64,000 nucleotides of DNA, taken from positions 11,532,001 through 11,596,000 of the forward strand of contig NC_088803.1 of assembly GCF_011386835.1 (NCBI RefSeq), in the 5' to 3' direction. Below the pieces are notes generated by a model. It did no database searches. It was not told the DNA's origin and worked only from the letters and a program-made list of their open reading frames with translations. Positions 38,001 to 49,419 of the stretch are shown here, piece by piece. Source of the DNA: Chrysemys picta bellii (Eukaryota). Every line of letters starts with the position of its first letter. The first letter of the stretch is position 1. Made by a program: the position numbers and the translations under genes.

Positions 38001-38458
38001 GCCGTGTAGAAGGTGTGGTGAAGGTGCATCGTTGCTCATGTAGGTACACAGCCAGAGTACACTCCCACTGCCTCCACCTTGGCCATAGCCACCTTCCCTT
38101 CTACACTACTCATGCCCATGGCCACCCCCTTCCCAAATGAGGCCTCACTGTAATTGGGGAAGTGGTGGCAACTATTTCCATCTATCTGGAGCTGCGAACT
38201 CAGAGCCAGTGTTCTGCACCATGCCACCGTTTTTGGGGAGACCAGCCAAGGTCTCAGCGTAAAATTAGCTCCCTCTGGCTCTGGAAAGCCCCCACCTCAA
38301 AGGTCCATGATTCAGGGTTTTCCTGGAGCCGGTGTAATGCATCGGCTTTGCAAGTATGAGTTAGGGTGAGATGTTGCCCCCTAGTGGCTGATGACAGTAG
38401 ATTTTGTGTTTCTTACAGGCACATGAATTTTGTGGTGGAAAGGACTGGCATTTTGGTG

Positions 38459-39230
38459 CTGAAGAACCCAGGGTTCTTAATCCCCTGTCTATATGTAACG
38501 CAGACACCTCCTGGGTGTGGTGTTGTGTCTCATCTAGTGGCCCCGAGACCACTTAAGAGATAAAAACTCTATAGCCTTAGCTAATAGCCAGTTGGCTCTT
38601 AGCTCATGCAGTAGAGGCTCATGCAGTAGAGGCTCATGCACTAAACTCCTGAGGCCGCAGGTTCCATCCCACCTGCTGACAACCAGGGTCTGTCACTCTT
38701 AGATATGTATTTGTGTAGTATTCATATCAATTGGGTTGTCTCATGAATATTAATCATCAGAAGACCATTAATCCCCCTGAGCTGTACCAGGTTGGCTGTG
38801 CAGAAATCAGGAAGAACAATGCACAGAAAAATACACAATAAACCACTTTACCCTAATCACACTCAGGTCCCTGAAGATGAGAGAGGAGAGGAATCAATCC
38901 CATTGACTCCAATGGAGTTACTACTGATTTGAAAGAGAGGGGAATCAGCTTACTTCTAATTTACAGCAGTGGAATTGACAACAAAATCAAATGAATGCTA
39001 TTGTATTTAATTTCTATTTTGGATCAATCTGATTTCTTACTTTGTTTTCCAGATAAGACTCAAAAGCAATTAACCTGGAGCTCACCAGCAGAGAAGGACT
39101 TCAGAGTCACCCCTGACATGCATTAAAAGTAATAGGCCAGACTTCAGCTGGTCCTTCTGCTGATTTTAATGGTGTTATGCCAATTTACACCAGCTAAATA
39201 TTTTCTTTGTTGTTGTGAATGTTGCAATGC
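38459..39230 (+). repeat. Segmental duplication block, copy A
   Basis: Colinear with 40990-42690 once each copy's private insertion is removed. Confidence 0.9.
38494..38703 (+). mobile_element. 210-bp LTR-like mini-element with internal tRNA-Ala-like segment
   Basis: Absent from paralog B; TGTAAC...TTAGA termini; flanks TATA / TATG; tRNA-like 38600-38670. Confidence 0.6.
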
Positions 39231-39239
39231 TTCGCATTT

Positions 39240-39775
39240 CTTGTGTATCTGAATTAATGATTTGAGATTGTTGAAATAGGCTCAATTGAAATTATTTAAT
39301 CTAAGATTATTAATCAGAGATTAGTACAGCACTAGAGAGAATATAGAAATAAATAGATACATTATCACCCTTTGTTGTCAGACTAAGAGTTGAATCTGTC
39401 TCTCTCCTGCACCTGGAAGAGCTGTGCAGTTTTCATTCCCTCCACTAAATTATCATATCAGTATCATTCTACAGGGTTTCAGACAAAGGAAACCTAGTTG
39501 CCAAGAATTTTCTCCCAGAAGCATATGTTGTGATGTCATTTCTATACAGTCTCAGTTTACCTGACTCATGTGAGAAGGCATGATTATTTACTACTGAGAG
39601 ACCTAACAATTCCTGAAGGTAATATCTCTTAGTGGGTCTTGCTTACCCCACAATCATTCTTCCATGTTGATTTCCCCAACAGAAAACATCTGCTATAGCA
39701 ATAATCTCTCATTAGTTTCCCTAGTCTATATATGCTTATGTTAGCATTTTACATATATGTTAAGAAGCTGGCTTC
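39240..39775 (+). repeat. Non-coding block paralogous to 61330-61775
   Basis: Shared gatgtcatttctatac, agtttacctga, gaaggcat.attattt, cctaacaattc, cacaatcattcttcc, tatgttagcatttt. Confidence 0.85.
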
Positions 39776-39784
39776 CAAGAATAG

Positions 39785-39975
39785 AATGGATAGCTCAGTG
39801 GTTTGAGCATTGGTCTGCTAAACCCAGGCTTGTGAGTTCAATCCTTGAGGGGACCCCTTAGAGATCTAGGGCAAAAATCAGTATTTGGTCCTGCTAGTGA
39901 AGGCAGGGGGCTGGACTCAATTACTTTTCAAGGTCCCTTCCAGCTCTATGAAATAGGTATATATCTCCATATATT
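39785..39975 (+). mobile_element. Tortoise PolIII/SINE-type element
   Basis: gatagctcagtggtttgagcattgg...gagttcaatccttgagggg; CR1-like tail. Confidence 0.92.
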
Positions 39976-39989
39976 AAAAGATGAGTATT

Positions 39990-40380
39990 GGAGGTTAAAT
40001 TCATAACTTGCTAAACAGTAAAAATCATGGCCTGAACAGAGACATGGATTTACGGTTTATTACAACAATGTGTAACCCACTAAAACCCATCCCCCCAGCT
40101 TTTTTTCCTCTCTTCCCTCTCCCCCCGCCCATGACTAGAGAGGTGTTAACTGACCATTTCAGTTTGAACAAACCCTTGAAATATATGGTAACTCCTTATG
40201 CTAACCAATCTGTTCCATTTTACCTGTGACAATCTCAATCTCTTTCCCAGACCTGAAGAAGATCTCTGTGTAAGTTCAAAAGCTTGTTTCTCTCACCAAC
40301 AGTACTTGTTTCAATAAAATATATTACCTCACCCATCTGTCTCTCTAATATCCTGGAACCAACAGAGCTACAACACTGCA
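39990..40380 (+). mobile_element. Penelope 3' end with decayed hammerhead ribozyme
   Basis: LLNSKNHGLNRD C-terminus; agac-CTGAAGA...AAAA-GCTT-gttt at 40249-40289. Confidence 0.75.

Positions 40381-40454
<74 letters not shown>
40381..40454. repeat. (TATC)n microsatellite
   Basis: Direct reading. Confidence 0.98.
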
Positions 40455-40989
40455 ATGTTTTCTCTGCACATCTCCTTCTCTCTCAAACTGGACCTATTTT
40501 AATCTCTTATTAGTCCTTCTCTCTCCCTACTGATCTCTTCACTGTTTCCAAAACTTAAGTCAATTGGTTTATGCCCCCGTTTAAATGTATTTTTCCAGTT
40601 ACACCTGAGACCAGTACTGACCTCATCTCACACCAATTTTGCTGTAGATTCAAATGAACAGTGGTTTGTTGAAGTTATTTATTTCATCCCCTCTGGAGTC
40701 AACATGGGGACATTTCTAACGGACAAACATCCTTTTTCTCATAAGACTGTCTTACAAGGGAAGTGTGTTTGAATCCAACCAACTCTATAATTAATGGGTG
40801 GTGGGAAATAATGACCAATGTTAAAAATATCAAAGAGGAAGGGTGGGGGAGAATTGAGAATCCAAATCCCTTTGGTGCTTGGAAATCTGAATTAGATAGA
40901 TAGCGAGCAAAGACCAGGTGTATCAGGAGGGATGTATGGATGGATAGATAGAGTTTTTATAGTGTGCTCATCACCATAGTATATGAGCA

Positions 40990-42690
40990 CTGAAGAACCC
41001 AGGGTTCTTATCCCCTGTGTATGTATTTGTGCAGTATATATAGTGATTGTGTTTTCTCAACAAATATGAATCATCAGCAGATTATGACGCCCCCCTCCCG
41101 TACTGGGTTGGCTGTGCAGAAATCAGGAAGAACAGTGCACAGAAAAGTACACAATAAACCACTTTGCCACAATCACACTTAGGTCCCTGAAGATGAGAGT
41201 GTGAGGCTTTGTACCTCGGGGGAACACCCTACACCCCCATGTTCATCTTTATAAAATGATTGTGTGGTATCCAATGGAAAGTTTGTCATGTTGGGTATCT
41301 TCGGAAGGCTCATGATGCACTGAGCATGGTTGTTATAGTGATGTTACAGTAATTGTTACAGTAATGTTATAGTAATGTTACACATTATAATTTCATGTAT
41401 ATAGTTATGAGGCCGAAAATGTATCCTCATGGCTTAAAGCAAACTCAGGCAATAACTCTCCAAGAGCAGAGAGGCCATTCACACCTCATCAGGGCAGGTA
41501 TGGGATAAACCCAGCCCAGCTTCACAGGGACAAAGGACGCTGGCCTAGGCAGCAACAAAAGATTCTGTTGGACTTCGAGTGAGTCACGCCCCTTCCTTTG
41601 GTCAGTTTGGGACTGTGATGAGGTAATGCTCACCTGACTCTGAAGGTGGGGGGGCAAAGCCAAGAGGGAAGAAAGGACATGATAAAAGGGAGAGATGTTT
41701 GCCATGCTCTTCCTCTCTCTTCCACCTCCATCTACAGACATCACCACCAAACGACTGAAGCACTGACCAAAGGGGAGAGCCTGGCTGAAGGGCAACCAGA
41801 CAGCCTGTGGTGAGAAGCATCTAAGTTTGTAAGGGCACTGAAAGTGTTAACGTCAGCTTAGAATGCATTTTGCTTTTATTTCATTTGACCAAATCTGACT
41901 TTGTTATGCTTTGACTTATAATCACTTAAAATTTATCTTTGTAGTTAACAAATCTGTTTGTTTATTCTACCTGAAGCAATGGGTTTGGTTTGAAGCATGT
42001 CAGAGTCTCCCCTTGGGATAACAAGCCTGGTACATATCATTTTCTTTGTTAAATTGAAGAACTCATATAAGCTTGCAGCGTCCAGCAGGCATAACTGGAC
42101 ACTGAAAGACGGAGTTCCTAGGGTTGTGTCTGGGACCAGAGATATTGGCTAGTGTCATTCAGTTGCACAACCCAGGGAGCAGCTTACATGCTACAGGCTG
42201 TGCGTGAACAACTCAGGAGTGGGGGTTCTCACAGCAGAGCAGGGTAAGGCTGGCTCCCAGAGTCAAGGATTGGAGTGACCTAGCAGATCACCGGTCCAGA
42301 TAACACCAGAGGGGAACATCACAGAGAGAGAGAGCGGAATCAGTTCCATTGTCTCCAATGGAGTTACTCCTGGTTTACATCAGGGTGAAAGAGAGAGGAA
42401 TCAGCTTACTTCTGATTTACACCCGTGCAAGTGAGAACAAAGTTAAACAAATGCCATTGTATTTAATTTCTATTTTGGATCAATCTGATTTCTTACTTTG
42501 TTTTCCATATGAGACTCAGAAGCAATTAACCTGGAGCTCGCCAGCAGAGAAGGACTTCAGAGTCACCCCTGACATGCATTAAGAGTAATAGGCCAGACTT
42601 CAGCTGGTCCTTCTGCTGATTTTAATGGAGTTATGCCAATTTACACCAGCTAAATATCTGGTTTGTTGTTGTGACCATTGCAAAGCTTAA
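40990..42690 (+). repeat. Segmental duplication block, copy B
   Basis: Paralog of 38459-39230; carries a private 1.1-kb LTR. Confidence 0.9.
41200..42323 (+). mobile_element. Solo LTR, 1124 bp
   Basis: TGTGA...TCACA; GAGAG on both flanks; empty site in copy A near 38880. Confidence 0.9.
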
Positions 42691-42974
42691 GGATGAACCT
42701 GGCTGAACTGGGTATCGTCTTGTAGGAATCTTTAGCAGAGTTTGCAAATAATGAAGGAGTTTTACTCACTAGGTTTTCAAACATATCGTATGCACCACAC
42801 TCAGTTTGATCATTCTTGGTGCCATGAATGAGGGATTATGAAGATCAGAATTCACTCATGAGGGGTAGGAGAATTTCCATAATTTTCTGTTAATGCCATG
42901 AGCTGTTAAGCTTCCATTCCTGCATCAGTACATAATACTCATGAGGCACTCCAGCTGGCAGCCAGATGATGATT

Positions 42975-43320
42975 TATAGGTTCATAGATTCATATATTCT
43001 AAGGCCAGAAGGGACCATTTTGATCTCCTATATAACACAGGCCAGAGAACTGCCCCAAATTAATTGCTAGAACAGATCTTTTAGAAAAAAACGTCCAATC
43101 TTGATTTAAAAATTGCCAGTGATGGGAAATCTACCATGAACTTTTGTAAATTGTTCCAATGATTAACAACATAAGAACAGCCAGATTGGGTCAGAACAAT
43201 GGTCCATCTACCCCAGTAACCTGTTTTCCAACAGTGGCCAATGCCAGGTACTTCTGAGGGAATGAACAGAACAGGTAATCATCAACTGATTCTATCCTTG
43301 AATGGCTAATTATTCTCACC
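42975..43320 (-). mobile_element. CR1 3' fragment with a nested second CR1 3' end (~43168-43290)
   Basis: catagattcatatattctaaggccagaaggg; insert acataagaacagccagattggg. Confidence 0.8.
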
Positions 43321-43779
43321 ATTAAAAAAGATTCAAATCACTCTGAGTCAGTGTCCTGTCCTCTTCATTATTTACTAATAAAAATAAATAGTACCTAGAC
43401 ATATATCTGAAATACACCACTATTTTAGATTTCTGTTGTCTATGGCCACCATATCGGCAAACAGATGTAGGCCTCAGCCCTGACAAATGCAAACCAGATA
43501 CCCAAACCCCTCTCCCTTCAGTCCCCTTCCTTCTGCATAAACAAAGATAATAGTCCAGATTCAGCTTGGTTGAATGGATACAATACCAGATACTTCAATT
43601 TAGCCTAGTGATTATGGGATTAAAACTTTTATAAGTCTTGTGTTTTTATGTTTGCTCAATCAGACACAATCTGCAGCTTGGAGAACAGCAACACAAGTGG
43701 CACAAGGCTTCACTGCTGTTGTGTCACTGTTGCGTGACTTTGCAACTGCAAGCCAGATACTTTTCTCACTTCCCAGGGT

Positions 43780-43998
43780 GAAAAACTCACAGAGCTGTGT
43801 TAGCTGGGGTCTGCTGGTATTAGTGAGAGCAGATTGGAGGCCTTTTATCACAAGGCTTTCTTGTTTGGTTTTGATTTGGTTGAAGAATGCTTGAGGGACT
43901 GGTTCCCTTGACTATAACTAACATCATTAAAATACCCCTGCCTGATACCTACAAAGTCCCATGGAGTCAGTGCAGTTTCCTTCATAGATCAGGTAAGG
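43780..43998 (+). promoter_or_regulatory. Candidate promoter/first exon of OR 47656
   Basis: TTTTAATGA on minus strand (43924-43932); TCCCATGGAG (43957-43966); donor CAG|GTAAGG at 43992/43993; homologous to 56300-56545. Confidence 0.55.
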
Positions 43999-45269
43999 AA
44001 TTTGTTTTTCACAGGATACATTGTCAATGAGATAATTTGCCAAAGAATGGTGCATTATCAGGAATGCTATCCTGGTCATTTGTTGGCCACCATCTGACTC
44101 TGCTGTGTTAGCGGTTCTGATACACTTACTCATGTCGAGTAGCCTCTTTACTTCTCCATCAGCTTCAGTGGAGCTTCTTGTGAAGTAAGGCACTCTTCAT
44201 GAAGAATAAGGGTATCAGAATTTGGTCCAGTAGGAACAGTTCTGCTTTCCGTTTCACTGGCTTAACCCAGGATCTAACTAAAATGACATCCATGGAAGAT
44301 TGAGACACATCTTATGGGCCCATCTATAAATATGAATACATGCTTAGATGTTTTAATAAAAAGTTAATCAATTGTTTTAGATGGTTATAGAGCACAACAA
44401 GTTGCTCAGAAGAATGGGGATAACTAGATTTGGCTAGAGATCAATTCCACTTCGTGAAGACATTTGAGGTTTCCAAAAAACATTTCATTTGGCTTTGGAA
44501 CAAAACCCAAACTTTTTGAAAGATTTTGTGAAACAGAATTTTGTTGAAACATCTTTTTTTGGTTCTTCCTCTCTCTCTCTGACATTTTTCAATGACAAAA
44601 GTGTCATTGAAATCAATAAGTCACCATGAAACTTTTTGGTTTCCACAAAACCATCTAGAAATGTTTAATTAAAAATGTTCCGACCACTGCTATTTATAAT
44701 CATCTGCAACATTTTCTTGTGCTTATAGCCACCTGTAACTCATGCTACCTAGTCCAGAATATGCTTATGATATCTGCCAATCATTCACAAAACCTTTATA
44801 AATAATCGCTAAATGGAAAGCTTACTGTACAGTGTAACAAAAAATATGAGATTTTTGTGATTGTATAACACAATATTAATACTGGATTTAATATACAGTC
44901 TTTACAAAGAGGCAAAAGAAGGGATGGAATTTGCTATCTTTGCCCTAATACTCATCGTACATAAGTTTTCTGGTAGATTAGCTTTCCACAGTATCTATCT
45001 ATCTATCCATCCTCTTTCTTTATACTGCACCTCTCTCCATACTATGCAAGTGCTTTATAGAGATGTGTCCTGGATGGCTAAAGAGTTGCTTTGCCTGTTC
45101 ATCTGATGTTGGCTACTGCCACTAGGAGAGAAAAGGGAAGCTTTGTCCAACAATAGGACATTACCTCTGGTTCAGCCTTTCTCAATCTGCCATAAGGTGG
45201 TCCAGCGTATCTTACTGTGCAAGCAGAGAACCATGACTCCAGCCTGAAACTGAGAACAATCACCTCCCA

Positions 45270-45440
45270 AGAATCAATGACATATGATCTGCACCGGCTG
45301 CCTATTGGTTTCTGAGTTGATTTTAAAATTTTGGACTTGTCCTATAAAGCCCTAAATGGCCTGGGAGCTGCTTGTGTAAGAGATGTCTTTATTCCTATGA
45401 CATACGTCCAGAATTGGAGTCATGGAAGGATCCTGAAGGG
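45270..45440 (+). mobile_element. L2 LINE remnant
   Basis: LHRLPIGF*VDFKILDLSYKALNGLG resembles the L2 C-terminal motif. Confidence 0.65.
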
Positions 45441-45566
45441 ACATAAGAAAGAGAGAGGGGATGTCTAGTATGGTCAGAACGTTTTTTGACAAAATGAAAT
45501 TTTAACAAAATATGATATTTTGTCAAAACTGAAATGTTTTACTGGGAGGTATCAGTTTCCACAAAA

Positions 45567-45822
45567 GGGTTGTCCACATTGGAGCTGTAATTTCCATCTC
45601 GGGTAGACATACCTGTGCTAGCTCTGATCAGCATAGCATGCTAAAAAAAGAAGTGTAGACACAATGGCATGAGAAAGGTGTACCTGCTTGGGAGCCTAGG
45701 TATGTACTCAGGTAGCTAGTCCCTCATGCCACCACTTTAGCTTGCTAGCTTGAACAGAGCTAACATGTGTATGTCTCCTTGAGATGAAAATTATGCCTTC
45801 CAGCACCAGTGTAGACAAACTC
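45567..45822. mobile_element. Old MITE with long imperfect TIRs
   Basis: gggttgtccacattgg / ccagtgtagacaaactc; ~60-bp arms are reverse-complementary. Confidence 0.6.
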
Positions 45823-47655
45823 AAAATGTTCATTGGGAAGGTTTTTATGGTTCAGAGTTCTCTGTCCCTTCAGAGAGGGACCCAAATTGATACACTCAGG
45901 TTTTCATACTGAAAATGGACATTCTGACACAATTCTGTTTCCTGAAAACATTTGAATGTTTTAATTTTCAGCCCAATGCAGAGAGAAAATAAAAGTTGAA
46001 CCCTCAAAAGTTGCTGTGAAATGAAATTCTCATCTTCCGGTCCACTCTAATGGCTGGCATGACATTCTCCATTGGAATCCCTGAATTTTTAGAATTCCCT
46101 TCCTCCCCTGGTTCATAACAGTCCCAGTTTGTCAGACTTCTAGTCATATGGCACTGTTCACCTTTTGTCTCTTGCCCAAAGAAAAATGAGTGTTGGATTG
46201 GGCTGGGTAGCAGTATTGTAAGACTATGGTGAGGAGTTCTCTCGATTAACTCTTGTTATGTTTATGCTGTTGCTGGGTTGATTGAATTGATCTGGGAGAC
46301 CTGTTCAGTCTCTGTGTTTATTAGCAGTGCTGGCCTTTATATTTATAAATTGGGATTTTCAACAGAAAATCAAATTTTTGATGAATCAATGATTTTCACA
46401 GAAAGTGTCAGTTTCCCTCAAACTTTTTCAATTTTTCCTCAGAAAACCCCAAAATTTCAGCCAAAAACTGGAAAAATTGGGGTTTTCAGATGAAAGGATT
46501 TTTGTTTTGTTTTTTATTTTTGGAAGTTTTCAACTGGAAATGTTTAGTTTTAAACTGTTTTGAGCTGAAAATGTGTGCACTACTAGTATTAGTAGTAGTA
46601 GTACATAATTCCACTAGAGATGGTTGAAAAATGGAATTTCCATTTCATGGGAAATTCCAACATTGCAAAATTTGTTTTCATTCTTAATTCGAATAAAAAG
46701 TCAAAATTTCCATAGAATGGGAAAGTTAAATGAAACATTTTTATTTCATTGAAATGAAAGCTTTCGACATGATTGAAACAAAATCAGAAAGTCAAAACCA
46801 TTCATTTAGACTTTTTACCAATGAAAAAATTGTTAAAATCAATACATTCCTGTGAAATGTTTTCATGCTGATGAAAATGTATCTTCCGATGGAGAGCTGC
46901 CCTATTGAAAAATTTTCAACCAACTTTAATTTTCACCATTTAGGACAAAAGCTAAGAAATAAAAGTGCATTTGTAATTTAATATTGTTTTCCTGCACAAA
47001 ACTGAAGTCAATTTATCAGAATTTGGAGTCTTTGAATTAAGATTGAGAGTTTATCTTAAAGTTCTTCCAGCTGACCTGCAACTTTTTCCTGTTGATGCAG
47101 GAATCATTGGATGAAATTCTCTGTCCTGTGTTATGATCCCCATGTTGTTTTCTAGCCTTAACGTCTATCATGATGTGAATTTTTGGTGACACTTTTATAA
47201 TGTTTTCCAACATTTCTAATTTACATAAAACATATGCGAATAAACATCAGGACTGTAGAAGAAATGAAAATAACAAAAAATAATTTCTTATTTTCATATT
47301 AGGATGGAATTTTTCAAAGAAGCATAAGAGAGTCAGGCACTTGAAATGCAATGGAAGTCAAGTGCCTAACTCCCTTAGCTCAGTAACTCCCTTAGGATAC
47401 TTTGAAAATCCCAGGTTTACTAGTTATTTTTATGGATCAGCTTTGTCTTCCTCAATCATGAGGATTTAAGAAGATGACATTACTCAGGCTGGTGAAACCT
47501 GTCTCCTTATGTCCTACCAATCAATACTGTAACCATAACACAGTGCCCAGTAACGAGCCCACAGGTTCATTGAATTTAATGGGAACTTGAGGCAATGTTG
47601 ATTACTATCTTTGCACAGGTACAAGGCTAATGCTGAGGAGACCACAACCGAAAGG

Positions 47656-48591
47656 ATGCCAGGGAATCACACAGATGCCTTCAGATTCATTCTCCTAGGA
47701 TTCTCTGACCATCCCCAGCTGCACCTGCTATTCTTCTCCATGTTCCTCGCAACCTACATGATGACCCTCACTGGGAACCTTCTCATCTTAACCATCACCA
47801 TGGCAGATGCTGCTCTTCACACCCCCATGTATTTTTTTCTCAAGGTCCTGTCCATCCTGGAGATCTGCTACACCTCAGTCACAGTCCCCAAGATGTTGGT
47901 GAACCTCCTGTCCGGGGATAAAAGCATCTCCTTCCTTGGCTGTGCCACACAGATGTATTTCTTTGTGGCCTTAGGGGGTGTGGAATGCTTTCTGCTGGCT
48001 GCCATGGCTTATGACCGATACGTGGCCATATGCCACCCTCTGCATTATCCGAGCATCATGAACCACACAAAGTGCATGGGGCTGGCCTCTGGCTCATGGC
48101 TCAGTGGTCTGGTTGGATCACTGGGCCACGTTATAATCATATTCAACTTGCATTTCTGTGTTTCCCATGAAATCAACCACTTCTTCTGTGACATCACCCC
48201 AGTGCTGAAGCTGGCCTGTGGCGTCACCTTCCTGAATAAAGTGGTTATCTTCACCATTCTCCTGATTTTCATCCCCTTGCCCTTCATTCTCATCCTGGTC
48301 TCCTACCTACTCATCATCTTCACCATCCTGAAGATACCGTCAGTTCAGGGCAGGGATAAAGCTTTCTCCACCTGTTCCTCCCATCTCATTGTGGTGACTC
48401 TCTTCTACGGGACAGGAATCATTAACTATCTGCACCCTAGTTCTACTTCTGTGTCAGGGATGGGGAAAATACTTTCTCTTTCCTACTCTGTCATCACTCC
48501 CATGTTGAACCCCATTACATACAGCCTGAGGAACAAGGAAGTGAGAGATGCTCTGAAGAGAACAATCATCAGGAAATGTTTTCTTAACTAA
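47656..48591 (+). CDS. Olfactory receptor, OR10-like; intact, 311 aa (start MPGNHT)
   Basis: [38 protein letters not shown]; acceptor AG at 47617-47618. Confidence 0.96.
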   Translation: MPGNHTDAFRFILLGFSDHPQLHLLFFSMFLATYMMTLTGNLLILTITMADAALHTPMYFFLKVLSILEICYTSVTVPKMLVNLLSGDKSISFLGCATQMYFFVALGGVECFLLAAMAYDRYVAICHPLHYPSIMNHTKCMGLASGSWLSGLVGSLGHVIIIFNLHFCVSHEINHFFCDITPVLKLACGVTFLNKVVIFTILLIFIPLPFILILVSYLLIIFTILKIPSVQGRDKAFSTCSSHLIVVTLFYGTGIINYLHPSSTSVSGMGKILSLSYSVITPMLNPITYSLRNKEVRDALKRTIIRKCFLN

Positions 48592-48718
48592 AGAAAATTA
48601 CTTTACTATCAATATAATTCTGGAAAATGGGTAGTGTGTAAAGGGCTCAGAGACTGACCTGGTATTTATACAACAGGCATCAGGAACTGAATTTCCAACA
48701 AAGCCTTACTATTGTAGT

Positions 48719-48885
48719 TGTAGCTGTGTTGGGTTGTCCCAGGATTTGTGAGAGAGGAGGTCAGGGAGAAGGTCTTTTATTGGACCAAACTTTTGTTGGT
48801 GGAAGAGACAAGCTTTTGAGATTCACAGAGTTCTTCTTTAGGTCTGGAGAAGGTAACGCGAGTGTCCAACCTAAATATATGTTGG
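48719..48885 (-). mobile_element. Penelope 3' fragment with decayed hammerhead (48806-48845)
   Basis: Reverse complement agac-CTAAAGA-agaactctgtgaatctc-AAAA-GCTT-gtct. Confidence 0.7.
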
Positions 48886-48889
48886 TACA

Positions 48890-49411
48890 GGTATAGGCCT
48901 GGTACAGAGTACTTACGCAAACACTTCCTGATATTAAGTGGTACCAGAACATCCCATTATTAAGGATGGTACAAAAACATTCCCCAAGGATAACAGGAAC
49001 ATACTGACCCTTCCTAAAAGATAATGTCAGTATGACAGTACATAATAAAGATGTTTTGACTGAACGAAGGGGGCAGTAACTAACTATGTTGAAGGGGCAG
49101 TACTAACTTGTTTCTATTGTGGTATAAAAATGTATTTCAAATGTATTGTCTAGCCTAGGGAGGAATGGAAAGTCCCAACATTCACTGAGCTGGTCCATTG
49201 TTATGGGCACACATGTATTAGTGGTCCGGTAGAGTCTGCAGGATACTAGTACTGTGCTTCATTGGCAATTAACCTGGCTGTGTGCCTTCATCCCTTAACA
49301 TATCATGTGGTCATTGGGTGGTTTGCTCAAGGTCTGCCATGCCAGCTGTCTGCTCAGGGCTGGGATGGCACACAGAGGGAACACACACATGCAGCAAAAC
49401 ATCTATCAACA
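48890..49411 (+). mobile_element. LTR, 5' part missing or displaced; same family as 55378-56093
   Basis: Aligns with the reverse complement of 55378-55900; ends catctatcaaca. Confidence 0.8.
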
Positions 49412-49419
49412 TCTAACCA

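Noticed and set aside
37333-38140. 176-239 aa ORFs on both strands
   Set aside because: Low-complexity C-rich transposon interior.
46340-46930. AT-rich A/T-run regions (also 17760-19050, 44400-44690, 59015-59340) as hypermutation
   Set aside because: A and T runs are strand-symmetric and recur as an interspersed AT-rich repeat family.
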